Shown in pieces: positions 45,945 through 60,050 of a stretch of DNA of 64,000 nt. How positions within the stretch are numbered: the first letter of the stretch is position 1; every line of letters begins with the position of its first letter. The notes under the pieces are model-generated. The model did no database searches and had not been told where the DNA came from. It saw only the letters and a list, made by a program, of their open reading frames with translations. This DNA is from Isurus oxyrinchus (taxonomy: Eukaryota), in the NCBI GenBank assembly GCA_026770705.1, contig JANJGN010000041.1, positions 1,364,001 to 1,428,000 of the forward strand, read 5' to 3'. The position numbers and the translations under genes were made by a program.

Positions 45945-48900
45945 GCCAATTGTAGTGGGACAGCCTTTTGAGACACAATCAGTAGAGTTTGTACAGACAG
46001 AGAATCCTGGTTTGTTTCCAAATTGTCTGGTGACTAAACCATAGGTGTGCACGTTTACGCATGAAGAGGAATAACCTAACAGAAGGGCAGACAATGCTGA
46101 AATTCAGTGGCTGGATAAATCTTTGAAAATATTGCTCAGGAGGAGAGGGTTGAAAAGGATGAGAGTGAAGTATTGAGTTCATTAGTGGAGCTAAATTTGC
46201 AGTGTCCAGTCGTAATGCAGAAAAAACAGACAGTTTATTCTGCAGCAGAAACACAATGCATTACAGATTTTAATTACATTCAGAACAATGTGTTAATGAA
46301 GAAATGGAGGCAGCATCTTGCCCGTGCAGACGGAAAGTGGGAGTAAAACACAAAGTAGTGATACCATCTGTGTACTGGAATTAAATTTTGAGAGTGCCAC
46401 ATAAAATGCAAATCGCTGTACTTGAGGGAATTACGAAAAGCCAAACTAATTACAACGGAAAATTAGACTATTGGACTTGACTACATAGAGATGTAGCCTA
46501 ATTCTGTCAAAAAAATCGCACATGTCTGGTGAAAGGAAACACATAATGCATCAGTTAAACCTCCACATATAATTCAAATGCCACCGTTTGTGAAACCATT
46601 TAACAGTGTTCATATTGATTGTATAGGACAGCTACCCAGGCTAAAAGTGGGAATCAGTACTTACTGACAATCATATATGTGTCCACAAGATTTCCAGAAA
46701 CTTAATTTTAAGCTAAAGCGCAGCAAAGTTGATTGTAGTGGCGTAAATTATTACATGATAAGGATTACCAAAAGAAATACAGTCTGATCAGGGATCGAAT
46801 TTCATGTCACAACTGTTTAGATAAGATATGGATAGCCTAGGAATAAAACAATTTATGACGTCACAGTGTGTCTTAGAAAGTTGATAACAGTGCATAAGCA
46901 CTATAATGAGCGTCAGTGATCAAGAATATCCACATGGTTGTTTACGAGGGATTCCATTCTTGTTGTTTTCCATTACGGAAATCCTTAATGTGTCAACAAG
47001 ATTCAGTCCTTTTGAGTTAATTTATGGTCATGTACTGAGGGAAAAGTTCAACCTGATTCAGAAGAAATTAATGGGTAAAAATTCAGGAAGTATTTTCTTG
47101 GAATATATGGCAATGTTCAGAGAAAGTTTAAGGAAGCCACGTGAGCTAACAAGGAAACAATTAATTATACCTCAGCAAGTGACAAAGTCAAATTCAGCTG
47201 AAAGGGCGGAGGCTCTTAGTTTCTTGGCTGTTGGCAGAGTAATAGTTTTGTTGCTAGTGATAGGTGAACATTTGAAGGCAATGTTTAGTGGGCCTTGCCA
47301 GATTGAAAAGGTACTGATTGTGGTAACTATGTGGTAAATAAACTCATGTAGAAGGAAATGCCGGCGACTGTACCATGTAAAAGTGCTTAAAGATATTTTA
47401 ACCGACATGATAAACAGAAAGAGTTACAGCTATTTGTAAGTAAAGGAACAGAGGTAAAGCATAAGCGTTCTGAAACTGACCTACCTCGGATTTAATTGAA
47501 TATTGAGGAAGGACTTAGGAACATAAATGTGTGGTTAGGTTCCCTTCCACCAAAGCGTCAGAATGATAGAAAAGAACGATTGCAGTCATGCAAAGCAATT
47601 ATTGGTAATAAATTGTAGAAAGCATCTTTGGTTGTACATAACACTGAGGCGGGGAATTGAGCTTCAATAAGGCAACACGGATATAGATGAAATCCTATAA
47701 AATTACCTAAAGTGCGTGAGGAAATTGAATTCCTGCTTCAGAATAACATGAAAGGACCTAGTCACAGTAATTGGAGTTCAGCCATTGTTATGGTGTGGAA
47801 AACAGATGGGATAAAAGCACAATGTATTAGTTACCGAAAAATGAACGCGATAAGAAAGGCAGATTCATATCACAGGCGACGATCAGATGAGCATATCAAG
47901 AAAGTCCGACAGTCAACACCTACCACAAAAAAATCCTTGCTGCGAGGGTATTGACAAGTACTCTTAACTGAAAGTGCATCATAATTTCAGATGCTGGATG
48001 GTCCACATCAATGCAAGTTATTGAACGCCCTTTGGCATGAAAAATAAAGACACCAGCATTGCTTCCTGGAAGAATTATGGAAGTTGGTGCAATTGATGAA
48101 ATGATTGATTTAGAAAATAAAATTCGGAGCTATGGAAAATGACGATATATGCAGTTGCTCTGCCAAAGCGCCAAGAGAGGCTCAATAGCCAAAATGGACT
48201 TATTTGGTGCAACATGATTCTTACTTCTTACACAGTGACGTTTTGTATTAAACCTTCGCCAGTTCAATCATTACAGAGACCTGTCGCCCTGTTAATTGCC
48301 ACAAATCTTGCTTGGGACAGTTAGTGCTTCGTCATCACTCTTAAAGTGGAGCCAGTCCCTATTGTGTGCGTGTTATTACTAACTAGTGAACAGTCGCTCA
48401 ATTCCTATTGAAAACATTGGCTCTCCGGTTATCTCCTTGTGGCTCTCAGTAGCTCAGGTGAAGATGTCAAAAACTCTCTTCTTGGTACTTGGATTCCTGT
48501 TGCTGGGAGAGACTCTCTCTATCTTGCTCCATGAGATTGTGAAACTGGGAGAGAGTGCCTCTCTCAATAGGTTTTTCTTGAGCAATAATAATTGGAACAG
48601 GAGTCCATTCAACCACTCAATTCTGTACTGTCACTAAATTGGTACAGGGCTGATATATTCTTAACTCCATCAGTTTAGAACCATAAAAATGATTTCCAAG
48701 TGCAAATCTACCAATTTTAGAGTTGTGCATTTGCACACTATTCCACTAAATTGATGTTTTTTTGTCTTTAGATTAACGGCAGCGAGGCTTATCATCGAAA
48801 CAGTTCTTTTCCCATCATATTTTTCATTTGCATTCGGCCCCTCGGTGATGTATTCCATGCAGACAATACCGCGTGGGCAAATCCTTCCCTACACCCCCTT

Positions 48901-49049
48901 TCCCGTTTGTTTTCACCATCTCCATCCCTAGAAAGTCCTGCAGTCTCACAACCCTGAGGGGATAGCCGCACTCCTCAGATACTGGCAGAATGTGCATCCA
49001 GCATTGGAGGCTGTGTCTTCAGATGCCACTGTATTCCCTCCCTCTCTTA

Positions 49050-49450
49050 ATGAGGATTGATATAAGTTGCTTTTCATCTTGTTTCTGTTAGGATGACTGA
49101 TATTTTATATTGTATTGAAGGTGCAACACAAGTTGCTTCCATTCCGGCTGTGTAAAGCCGAAACCATCATATTCCTCTTTGAGGTGATCTCTTGATTACA
49201 ATGCAGAGATAAAGTGGCTCTGATATATCACACTTGGGGAACAGTGCACATTTTCCCTGGTTCGGACACACTTGACTTTCTTGGCCCATGGCATCAATAA
49301 CCTCCGCCTTTCTCTTCATCAGGTAGTTGACTGGGATATCCCAGCCTTCGTGGGAAATGCAGACATCGCCATTGTACGGGAGGTGAGAACTGCTTCAAAA
49401 ATTGTTTTCCTTTCTTTGAGTGCTGCATGAAGGATTGACTCACTAAAAGT
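49050..49450 (-). mobile_element. Possible pogo/Tigger transposase N-terminal HTH relic
   Basis: Minus-strand LKERKTIFEAV...AGISQST, then after a frameshift LMKRKAEV, resembling HTH_psq/CENP-B-type LTLEEKLEII...FGIxxSTVSTILKNKEKI. Confidence 0.4.
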
Positions 49451-49921
49451 AAACATGTACCATTGTGAGTCCCATCTGCATCTCCGACTGCAGCTGACTG
49501 TCATTTCAGTAAGTCCCGCTCTGCCACTTCCTCGAGATGCAGCGCCCCGTGGTCCAGTGCTTTCTGCTTCATGTGAATAAAACCTGCTGCATTGCGCAGT
49601 GCTCCTTGTCCATGCTCATTTCATATTTGCATCACCACGCACTGAAAGGGGATCGAGATGGAGGTTGGGAAATGTTATGGCCACATTGACATGCAATTAT
49701 GCCACAACTAATCTGGTCGCAGACACAAACAATTTGCCGCCAAAGTCCAAGGCTCGTCCAGCACAATCCACGATATGCCCAGCAACACAAGAAGGGCAGA
49801 GGCATCCTGGGTAACGGCAGAGTGGCAGACAGTCCAGTGGGGCAATAATGCCGAGCTCCCAACATTTACTGCAGACACTATGGTGCCTCTCAGCGCATCA
49901 GGGCAAAGACAGCAAACGGGG

Positions 49922-50090
49922 AGAAATAGAAAATACTGTGGATGCTGCTAATCTGAAAAAAAAACCCTTAAAATATTGGAAAAGTTCAGCAACTTCAACA
50001 GCATCTGGGCAGAAGAAAGAAACTGACAAACATTTAGAGTCTGTGTGACTCTTCCTAAGAGCCTTGCATCAGATGAAGACTCATAGAGAT
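49922..50090 (-). mobile_element. Older Penelope-type 3' tail
   Basis: 'aatactgtggatgctgctaatctgaaaaaaaaa...ttggaaaagttcagcaacttcaacagcatctggg'. Confidence 0.7.
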
Positions 50091-50649
50091 ACAGGAAAGA
50101 AAGACTCCTGCTGCTTCTGAAATATCACCTCCCCTCAGCTGATGGATATTTTAACCTCTGTGTTGAACACCACTTTGAAGGAGTAATGGCAGCGCAGATT
50201 TCACTCTGATTGCGAGTCCGAGCTGTTCCTTACCAGGAATGAATCAGTAGTGGTACGGCTCACGAGTTGGCTGAGTCATGAAGGAGCTGGAATGCGAAGA
50301 TTCAAGAACAGCGTTCCTGCTCACCTTCACGAGTGCAACTTACAGTGGGAAGTAACAATGTGGCCTAACCACATACACCTCCTGCCGAAGGAATAATAAT
50401 AGACCATATCTGTCAGGGTTGCTCTGTGCCAGCAGGTGAAAGAAACAGCATCAGGCAAATAAAAAGCATGTCAATATTGTCCTCACCAACTATCGCTGTT
50501 ACATGTGCCAATGGTGATCTTAGTTGGAGTGATATTTACACAAAGCTTTGGAGCTGAACTGTTGCCTTCACATCAAGAAATCATTCCATCGTACTGAAGT
50601 CACTCCCACTGTGTTAGATGTGTTACATTCAGAACGGAGCTAGCAGCGC

Positions 50650-52320
50650 TAAACCGGGCGTATGTGAGACAGTGTCGGCTTGATCTGAAATAACACGTTC
50701 AATGTCCGGTTGTTCAACGTTCTGCTCTAGAACACCATCTTGCAAATGTTGTAAGAATTCATTCCCCCAAAGCATTAGAAGGAATTAGTTTACTCACTCT
50801 GTAATTAGGGTGAAATCACCCACGATTAGAGTTCTGCGCTTCATACAAGAATCTCCAATGTAATGATATATTCAAAGATTTACATTACCACTGCAGTTTG
50901 GTCGACTGTAAACGACCTGCTGCAATGTTTACTGTCCCCTGATGTCCCTTAGTTGCACCCAAATTGATTCTATATTTTGATCTTTCCAACACCGATCATT
51001 TCTCAGCACTGTACCAATGCCATCTTTGATCACCAGGTTTACACCAATAACTTTCCCCACCTCCTTGTCCTTCCAGAATGTCACATGCCTAGGATATTAA
51101 GTTCCCAGCAATAGTTTGCTTGTAGATACGTCTGTGCAATGCCTATCAGATCAGACATAACAATTTCTATTCGAGATTAAAATTCACGTGTTTTCCTGCG
51201 AATGCTGTAGGCATTCACAATCAGTGCCCTTAATTCATTGTTTTATTACCGTTTTTGCAAACACTGCCCATGCCTGCTAGCACACTCCTAATCTTGCAAT
51301 TACTTCTCCTTCCTTCCATGACCTGATTACCTTCGTCATTAAGCCTTCATTCAAAAATTGTCTTGCCGTTTCAATTTTATTTATTCCAACTCACTGAGAT
51401 GATCTCTTCACCATTTGGTTATTTTAAAACCATCTCTACTTCCTTTGCACCATATGCTGAGCGAAAACTGGGCCCAGCACGGTTAAAGTCCAGACTTCCC
51501 TAACGGTAGATTTCCCACTTTCCCAGTTGTAGTGCCAGTGCGACTGCATCGCCACCCATTTCTCCTACACTATTTTTGAGACACATATTAATGCTCATAA
51601 TTTAATTCACCTGACACCGTTTTTTAACATCACACCGGTCATAGTTATAGATTCTTATCGTTTCTTTTCTGCTGTTTTACCTCGTGCCTATCTCCCCAGA
51701 ATCGCTATGCAGAATTTTTTCCCTAGCTTTTCCAAAGTTTTTTGTACTTACATGGAGAACGACCCAGGAAATCCACTCCCTCCAACTTGAAACCTCTCCA
51801 GCCTGAGCAAGTGTCGCAAAAGCTAGAAGCCTGGAGGTAACCCAGCAGCCTGGATTCATTGCAGCGAACACAACATGACTTAACAGTCGCCTATCACTAT
51901 TATAATCCTCATTGCCCCACCCATTGACAAGACATTGTTCAGCATTGGGACATGATCATTCCGCTTGTCTACCTTGCAGTCCTCCTCATTCACAATGGTT
52001 CCATCACTTCATACCTACTGAAAAGCTCATGGAGCGAGGCTGCTTGAAGTGTTTGTTCCGGGTGGCCTTATTCCCCAGACATGCTCTCACCCTCCTGCTC
52101 GTGACCATTGAACAATCTGATTTTCTCTCTAAGCTAAGGGGAATGACTGCCTTCTGGGGCAAAGTGCCCAAGCAACATTTGCCCCCCATTGTCTCCGGAC
52201 AAATGCCTCACAATTTCCGCAGCTCATAATCCAGCTCAATGTATTCAATGTACTCCATCGAAATGTACATGCTGCTGTAATGGCACATCGCCAGCCCGCA
52301 TCTGCTGACAAACTTACTCA
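50650..52320 (-). mobile_element. CR1 5' region (ORF1 relic and endonuclease), degenerate
   Basis: Minus-strand VGDFHP ('gggtgaaatcacccac'), endonuclease remnants at 50900-51220, esterase/ORF1-like remnants 51450-52310. Confidence 0.6.
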
Positions 52321-53149
52321 TTTAACTGGCCAATTAGGTAATAATTTACAGAGATACAGAATGTTGTGCTCAGCTATTTTGGAGACGAGGAGGAAAGCTG
52401 TCCAATGACCGGATGCTGAAAAAAGTAGGAAAAGAAACAAGTCTTGACCTCACTTTCACAAATTCCCATCTGATCCAAATTCCCATCTCCTCACTCAGTC
52501 CACATCTGTCTCAGATGTAGCCGTGAGTCCATGCCTCCCTTTTGACATGCACTTTGAACAACCCAGTGTTTTTATAAAACACCTAATGAATCCCCAGCTA
52601 GCTCAGCATTCTCTGACGATAATTAACATCTATTAAGTGGAACTACTTAAAGTGACATGGTGCCTATTTGCTGTTCTGATTCTCCAGTGCGTAGGATTGG
52701 GACAGTACGAGCAGATGATGTTTTAATGCTGAGTAAAGGGTAGTGGTGTCGCTTCTGCACCAGTTCTTCAGCTGGCTCTTAAATGTTTGAGGCTTCTACA
52801 CTTCTCAATAAAATCTTCAAAGGAGAAACCACGCTGTAACCATGTTGTGTTCTGATTTTCAACGTGAACACACCAAACATAGAACAAGGATTGGTAAAAT
52901 GAATGTTAACATTTTTAAACTTGAAAATACACAGACTTTTGTGAAAGGTGACCAAGGAAAATTACCTCTGATTAATGTCTAGCGCCATCAAACAACGGTT
53001 GGATCACTTGTGTGCCATGTTAACGTCAAGTGAAGATGCACTGAAGGTGTGAAGGACAAAAGGTAGATTTGCTTGAGAAGTATGAAAGCATCAACCCTTG
53101 CAGATCTGTGCGTCTGTAGTCGGTTTCCCTTTGGTCTTCACTGTGGCAA

Positions 53150-53420
53150 CATATGAGTGATTTGAAAAGCGATTTCTGAGCTTAATTTAAGACTTAAGAA
53201 CGCTGTGGGTCCGCAGTCAAATGCAGGTTAGACCGGGTTAAGATGGCAGTTGTCCTTACTAAGTGTACAAGATGGGCCGTCCATACAGTCTTTGAATCTC
53301 TTGCCGGCCGCAACTGCTCATTGTTATTTTTTATATAGTAGGTTCAAAACAGAACCCCCTTCCTTAAACCCTGCATTGAGCTTGCCGCTGGTGACATACA
53401 AAATTTCCGGGCTGCCATCC
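53150..53420 (-). mobile_element. Degenerate Deu-type SINE
   Basis: 'gctgtgggtccgcagtcaaatgcaggttagaccgggttaagatggcag' resembles 32910-32960. Confidence 0.55.
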
Positions 53421-54929
53421 CCTTGGACAGCTTTGAAAGTTGTGAACTGAACCCGTTTTTTATTGTCAGTGGGTAAATCAGAGATTCCGGAGACACTTTT
53501 GTTTTCCTCTGGAGTTACTGATTACTGGCGGGTACATCCTGCAGCTGCACCTACATCAGTGACTTTGTCTAACACCTCTGCCACAACTGCACAGCCCAAT
53601 TTTCCTCCCACACCGGTCTGCCCTTCGAAAGCCCCTCCCCCTCACAACCACAACCCCCAACTTTCTGTCTCCCCTGCTCCCCACTATCAACCCCTTCTCC
53701 TAACGACCGCTCTCCCCATTGGTCCCACACTGCATTGGAGCTGTGAGAACTCGATGGGCCGAATGGCCTGCTAGACCTTACTGTCTCTAACTTTTGTTGG
53801 AATTAATTGTATTCCAAAGGTGGGCATTGGCTGCAGTCTAATATGATTTCAGGTATGTGAAAGCGAGGAAAAATGCTGGTCGTGTGTGCTCTATGCAGTT
53901 CGTGTGCACAGTGCTCAATACCATTCAACTGAGTTGGAGTACATACAGGTCGTGTTCGGAAGCTTATGAGTCTGTTAAATATTTGCCGGGGTACAGGGTA
54001 GACCAACGGCCATTTGCCATCCAGCCTGATTGTTTGGCACAAGGGCGTGAGGATGGGAAAATAATGAATCAAAACAGGATACGATCCAACAGCCCATTGC
54101 TGGTCAGTTTGGACAAGACAAAAGCTGTCCATTGCCAAACGTCCACAAAATTAAACGTTCATTTCACTTGATAAACACTGAAGGGTGCGCTTCAGTTTGA
54201 GGTTTCAAAAGGGCCCTGAAAGGTTTTTTTTTTAATTTTTGTTCCCGGTTGGCAATTAAATTAATTTAACATTGTTGATTGAGGTTAACACGGAAACAGC
54301 TGGGATCAGTTTCACCCAATTCCAGATTGAGCACAATATTCTTCTCGCATTACCTGTGGGCACCTTGCAAGATCTCTGGGTCTTGTGGACTGGCTGGCAT
54401 ACAGTCTCACACTTCCTGGAGACTCTGCTGCAAAGGGTGAGGGAGCACAGTTTGTTATAACAGCTCACAGGACATTTGAATGGCGATATAACAGAGGAAG
54501 AAAGATTTTCACTTCAGCAATGGTGAATGATGCCAGTTCACCCTCCTGTCGCTTTCTCCCTAAAATAGATCCTGTTTCCTACCCTCCATTTGTCCTCTAA
54601 GGGGACAGCTAGCAAGATGCCAATAACCAAGAGCTCCCCTCCCCGCGGTGAAACCTAGAAAGGTACCAGTATGACCAAGGAGCACAGGACTCACCATTTT
54701 TAGTTGATATCTGTAGGAAGCACTGTGTTAAGCTACCTGACCCACAATGTCGCCTCAGGCAAAACGAGAGTTGATGGCGAGTTTTGCTTAAGATGAATTT
54801 GGACAAGGGGTGTGCATCATCATTAACAAAACGCACTGACCGAATTTTATTAATTAGTCACTGGTGAAAGCCACTAACACTCAGGCTCGCACCCCTGCAC
54901 ACCATCATTCACACATGAATCGACTGCGG

Positions 54930-55290
54930 TACGTGTTGTAAAACATGTGAAAGAAATAAAGATACAAGGAGGAAGACTGGAAAGGCTGGATGAACAGAGT
55001 GGAACACTCATATCAAAATATTTAAGATCATGAAAGATTTTAACATACTGGATGCAGAGCAAAGGTTTGCACTAACGACAATGCTTATAAAAAGAGCTCT
55101 TAAATAAAAAAGAATCGTCAAGAAAACTCCCAGGGAATTCAAGAATACTTATTTCCCCAGAGAGTGGTGAGAATGTGTGAGTCACTACCAAACGGAATGC
55201 TCTGTTGTATACATTCGCACCATTTAAGCGGAAGCTATGCAGTCACATTCCAGGGACAGAAATAGACGGACATCCTAACTAGTTATGATT
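54930..55290 (+). mobile_element. CR1 3' fragment
   Basis: 'ttccccagagagtggtgagaatgtg' (FxQRVVRMWN) and 'catttaagcggaagct'. Confidence 0.7.
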
Positions 55291-55854
55291 TGAATGGTCA
55301 GGCCCTTTCGGTCGGGCGTCTAACTGTTCAGGGGTCTCTGCCAAAGGGGAAGTGGTGGAGGGGAGTGAAGGCACCACTTCACCCTGCTGCTCCTCTCTCC
55401 AGCTACAGCAGGTGCTGTTTGGCCTCACCCCATTTTCCTGTTCACCAAAAAGAACAACGAGTAATCTCTGCAGCCCCCGTCCCCCACTCAAGCACGATGC
55501 CCCTGACTAGGAATTTCCGTTACCCCCTGTCCAACATAATCCATTATTTTAGAATTGCCTCTGCCTTGGGTGATGTGTTTTTGAGACAGTGGCTTCATCA
55601 CCGTTAGAAAAGGACTGTGTGTCACGCTAAACTACCGTTCCGTGTCAAAGTTGAGCCTTGTCTACAGTGCAGCATCATCAGCGTCCACCACCCAGCCAGT
55701 TTGAGTTCTACCAAACTACCTGATCTCTCCCCACCAGGAAATTGCTCCCAGTTCTGTGCAAAGCAATCAATTCGGTTTGGATGGTGCCTCCTGCCCAGGC
55801 CTTCTTCAACACATTTATCGTATGGACCAATAACTCCTCATGTGACTGGTTTGA

Positions 55855-57130
55855 TTTTATTCATTCATGGGTTGGAAAGATCGCTGGCTGTGAAAAATGT
55901 ATTGCCCATCCCAAGTTGCCACAGTGAATGTGGCGATGAGCTGCCTTTTGAACGGTTGCGGTATCTGTGCTATACCTACAACAACAGGGCTGTTAGGATG
56001 TGGTGCAGGGTGGTGTTGGTCGTACCAAAGGATACTAGCCCAGCGACAGTTAGGTAACACTGATGTATTTCCAAAATGGATGGACGTGTCTTGGGGAGGG
56101 GATTGAAGATTGTCTTCCTCCCATCTATCTCCTAACCTTCTCCATCAAGGGGCAATGGCAGTGAGCTGGAAGGTGCAGTCGAAGGAGTCTTGTTGTTTCT
56201 TTGCAGTGCATCTTACAGACAGTACGCAGTGCTGCTGTTGTGCATCGGTGGAGGAGGGAGTGAATGATTAGTTTGGCATCATAATCAAGTGGGCTGCTTT
56301 TCCTGGATGGTGATGAAATTCTGTAGTGTTTTGGAGCTGCGTTCATCCTTAAAAGTGGAGACTATTCTGTCAAACTCCCGACTTGTGCCTGATAGGCAGT
56401 GGACAGCCTATGGGGAGTAAGGAAGTGTGCAACTCCCCTGGCAATTCTTGGCAGCTGAACTGCTTTTTTAGCCACGTTACCTAGGTGACTAGTCTAGATC
56501 AGTTTCTGGTCAATGGTGCCCGCCTGAAAGAAGATAGTGGGGGGATTCAGTGATGGTGATGCCATTGATTGCCGAGGGGAATGGTTAGATTGTCTCTTGC
56601 TGGAGATGGTCATTGTCTGGCACTTTTCTGGCTTGATTGTTACTTGCAACTCTTCAGCAACGTGCTGGATATTTTCCAGGGCCTGTATTTATTTTTCCTG
56701 ACACGTTGTTTCTCAGTACCAACCATCCCACCCTCACGCCATGCCCACCACCTGCCTCCTCGGAGGATGGGATGAGCTATTTTATTCACAATCAGTTCGG
56801 CAGGAACTTAATACCCTGCATGGCCGGAGGGGCCACAGCATCCTGACCAGGTCATGCTGCATTTGAACCTGGGCTGCTTCATTTTCTGAGGAATCGCAAA
56901 TGCTCCTGAACATTGTGCAAACATCAGTGAACATCCCCACTTCCGACCATATGATAGATGGACACGCATTCAAGAGGCAACTGACGCCGTTTGGCACTTG
57001 GGAATTACCCTGAGGAAATCCTAAAGTGTGTTGTCTTCCTTTGCCCCTAAGGCGAGTTACCAACTGTCAACAATTTTATTCCGGCTCATTGAGGCCACCC
57101 ACGGTCAAATGCTGCCTTTCTGTCAATGGC
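55855..57130 (-). mobile_element. CR1-clade (family 2) RT and tail
   Basis: GFPQG..PSIIWSEVGMFTDVCTMF (56782-57063); tail 'ttttattcattcatggg' at 55855. Confidence 0.85.
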
Positions 57131-59519
57131 TGTCACTCTCCTCTCGCCTCTGCAAATATCACTTTTCTTCAGTTTTTTTTTCATACTTTGTTTTATAATG
57201 ATTAACCAAAACACCTCGAAAGGTTATGACTTGTGGCTGTTTTTGAAGTGCACACGAGGCCTGAAGAGATCATGGAGAGATAAAGAATGTTCGTGGCTCG
57301 TACCTTGCATTGCTGGTAACGGTGAAACCCCTGAATGTCATCTCTATGGAGCGTGCAATGACACAGATATTCTCTGGAGCTCACCTAAGGGAAAAGGCCA
57401 GAGGTTGTAACATATCCAAGTCAAATCTCCACCAAAAACTTTGCATCAAGATGTATAGCTGAATGCTCAGCACTTATGTACAATCATAATTTGTTTTATT
57501 GCGGCTGGTTCCTATCATGTTGAGTGGCTGCTCAATAGAACAGAACTTTAAACTATCTCTCTGCCAACATCTCTGCTTGTCGCAATCCCCTTCCATCCTG
57601 CACTCAGACAACATTAGCTCTTCTCCCCCATGTCACACCACCTTATCGTCAATCAGTCATCCCATTACAACTCGTGACCCAAAACTCCAACGGCACACTA
57701 GCCCCTGGTAACACTTCCCTTCAAATCATCAACACTAATTTCCCCATTCCCAATGATGTCTCATCGCACGCAATTTTCCTCCTTCAACCCTGCTACTGTT
57801 GTGTCCACACCGCTATTCCAAGGCTGCCTGCCATCATGCCCGGATATCCCTATCAACCCATATCTTCATTCGTGACAAATGTTACCTCAATAGCCTCCGC
57901 TTCCCCATGAACATGAGCTCCTCCCTCACCTCTCACTCCTCCAACATCCCTGCTTACGCCATAACCTCCGATTTCCACTCTCAAACCGTCTTTTCTTCTC
58001 CAATAACTTTAATTTAATTGTCCTGGCCTTCCAGCATATCAACAACACTTGATCAATAAGGTGGAATGATTCCAAAATGTTCAGAAAATCCTTAGGCAAC
58101 TTGTATGTTTTGTACTGTACATTTCTCTTTCGCTCAGCTAACATAGTGATGATTGTGTCACTTTTGCAGATAGTGTGGTCTCTCCAAATATGACACTCGG
58201 CAAATGCTGACTATGGCAGTAGCAAAAATGATTTCCTCAGCCTGATATTTCGACTCTTTCTGATAGTTTTAGAAAAAAAAAGTTTCGTTTCTTCAACTCC
58301 ACCCCTGTGCGTAATGCCAACACTATCAGAAACTGACTGTTCTCAATGGTTCACAGTCACTCACACCATTCAAATCTCTGTAGCCATTTTTTTTAGCAAA
58401 ATCTGAAGTGTAAACATGATGTTGGAGGAACAGCGGCTGAGCTTCGGGTAATAGTGACCTTTGTGGGCTGTTTAAGGAAAATTTTCCGATATTTATTGTA
58501 AGCAAATGAGTATTGGCTAACGATAAACACCCGTTCTGTTATGTGACAATAAATGACCTGCATTCTCAGTCCTGGAGAAAAATCGAGTTCCTTGATCACA
58601 TTCTAACGCCGGAGAGGCTATTTGCCCCGCTTCTGCTGTTGAATGGTTTCACTCTCATGCATAGGTTAATGACCAGCAGAAACTGCAGGACACTCTGGGT
58701 ATTCAGAAACATGGAAGATCGAAGGGAACCCAACAATTTGCTTTTGTCCTCTCAACCAATTGCATCAAGTTATGGTCAACGTTTACGGTTTAGTCATTGT
58801 GGTGGCAGATGTTGGATATGTTGTCCAGTTTTATGCATCCAGAAACCTTGCACAATTATTTGATTCATTCTGCAGCTCCTGAGATGATCCAAAATCATTT
58901 GTGTTTATAGTATGACGCAGAATATTTTGCGATTGCATTTGGAGAACGTGCTCGGATATTAAAATAACTGAAACACTGTTCGTGTGCAGCATTGTCCACT
59001 GCTCCTTCAGGTTTTCAGCGTCTGGAGGGGCTTGCCAGAAAGGCAAATGAGGAATCTTGGGGCTGGTCGCAAATGCTAACATTGTCTGTTGAACAATTGA
59101 CTTTTACAACATGAAGGTTCCTCGCTCTGATTAGTAATCATAGTACCAAGAATCACAGAACTCGCATTGGGCATTCCACTGGTCCACGTTTCTTCTCTTT
59201 CACACCAATTCTACAAGGCTCCCTCCCAGCAGCATCACCCACATAACCCAGCACCCCCACCCACCACCCCCTAAGCTTCATTTAGCCAGCCCATTTGTCC
59301 ATCATAACGCATTCCACAATTTTCAATTGCAGATGTTGCACCTATTTTGGGGATTGATGAGGTGAGTTAGAAAGTGTTGCCAGACCCCGGCCTGTTCTTT
59401 TTTTAGCAAAAATATCAATCGCTTTACTGATGAACATGAAAAATATATGTCACAATGATTTTGCCAAAAGGGACTTTGTCTTTGTTAAAAGTCTCCATGA
59501 GCCTCCATGCATCTTGCCT

Positions 59520-60050
59520 CATCCATATCCGCCATTGTTACCCTCCATGTCACTCTCTCTCAGCTGCTTTCCTGGTTTGGCCTTGAAGAGTTTCATTATG
59601 TTCACCTGAACCATCCCATCTCGTAGCGAGTTCCACATTCTCACGAATCTCTGGACATGAGGTCTCTCCTGAATTCCCGATTGGATAATTTGCTGATTGT
59701 CATACATTCATGACCATATAGTTGCGTCCCTCCCCATAAGAGGAAACATTCTCTCTGTATCCAATCACTCAAAAAGCCTGCATTTTAAACACCTCTATTG
59801 TGCGATCCCAGAGACTTGTTTGCACTTTTCCAGAGAGAAGAGTCACAGCCTGAAAAGTCCTCCTGATATGTATACCCGTACATTCCTGCATCATCCTTAT
59901 CAATCCTGTCTGCACTAGTGCCTCTATTTGGCTTCCATAACCATGCATGTTGACCATGAGTGTAATTGCCTAACTTTGGTCAACCAATGTTTTAATCGGG
60001 TTCAGCATATCCTTCTGACTTTTCAAATCTATCCGCTAAGGCATGAAGCC
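59520..60050 (-). mobile_element. CR1 3' fragment
   Basis: QRFVRMWNSLRDGMVQVNIMKLFKAK and EALVQTGLIRMM. Confidence 0.8.

Larger units (their letters stand above)
43172..48060 (+). mobile_element. Gmr1-like Ty3/Gypsy LTR retrotransposon, decayed (gag with coiled-coil and SCAN-like region, protease, integrase, then RT, truncated)
   Basis: Gag LSEEQSAYNEIVKNALLHAYE..WDQWFRAL..FEKVKDVMIME (44000-44340); integrase 'ccaaaagaaatacagtctgatcagggatcgaatttcatgtca' (PKEIQSDQGSNFMS, ~46770) and GIPFLLF..STRFSPFELIYGH (46906-47337); RT start REEIEFLLQNN..PSHSNWSSAIVMV.K.DG..CISYRKMN (47712-47954). Confidence 0.9.

Noticed and set aside
58740-58880. Peptide VMVNVYGLVIVV faintly like a vWD-domain strand
   Set aside because: Too short, no flanking conserved cysteines or splice sites.
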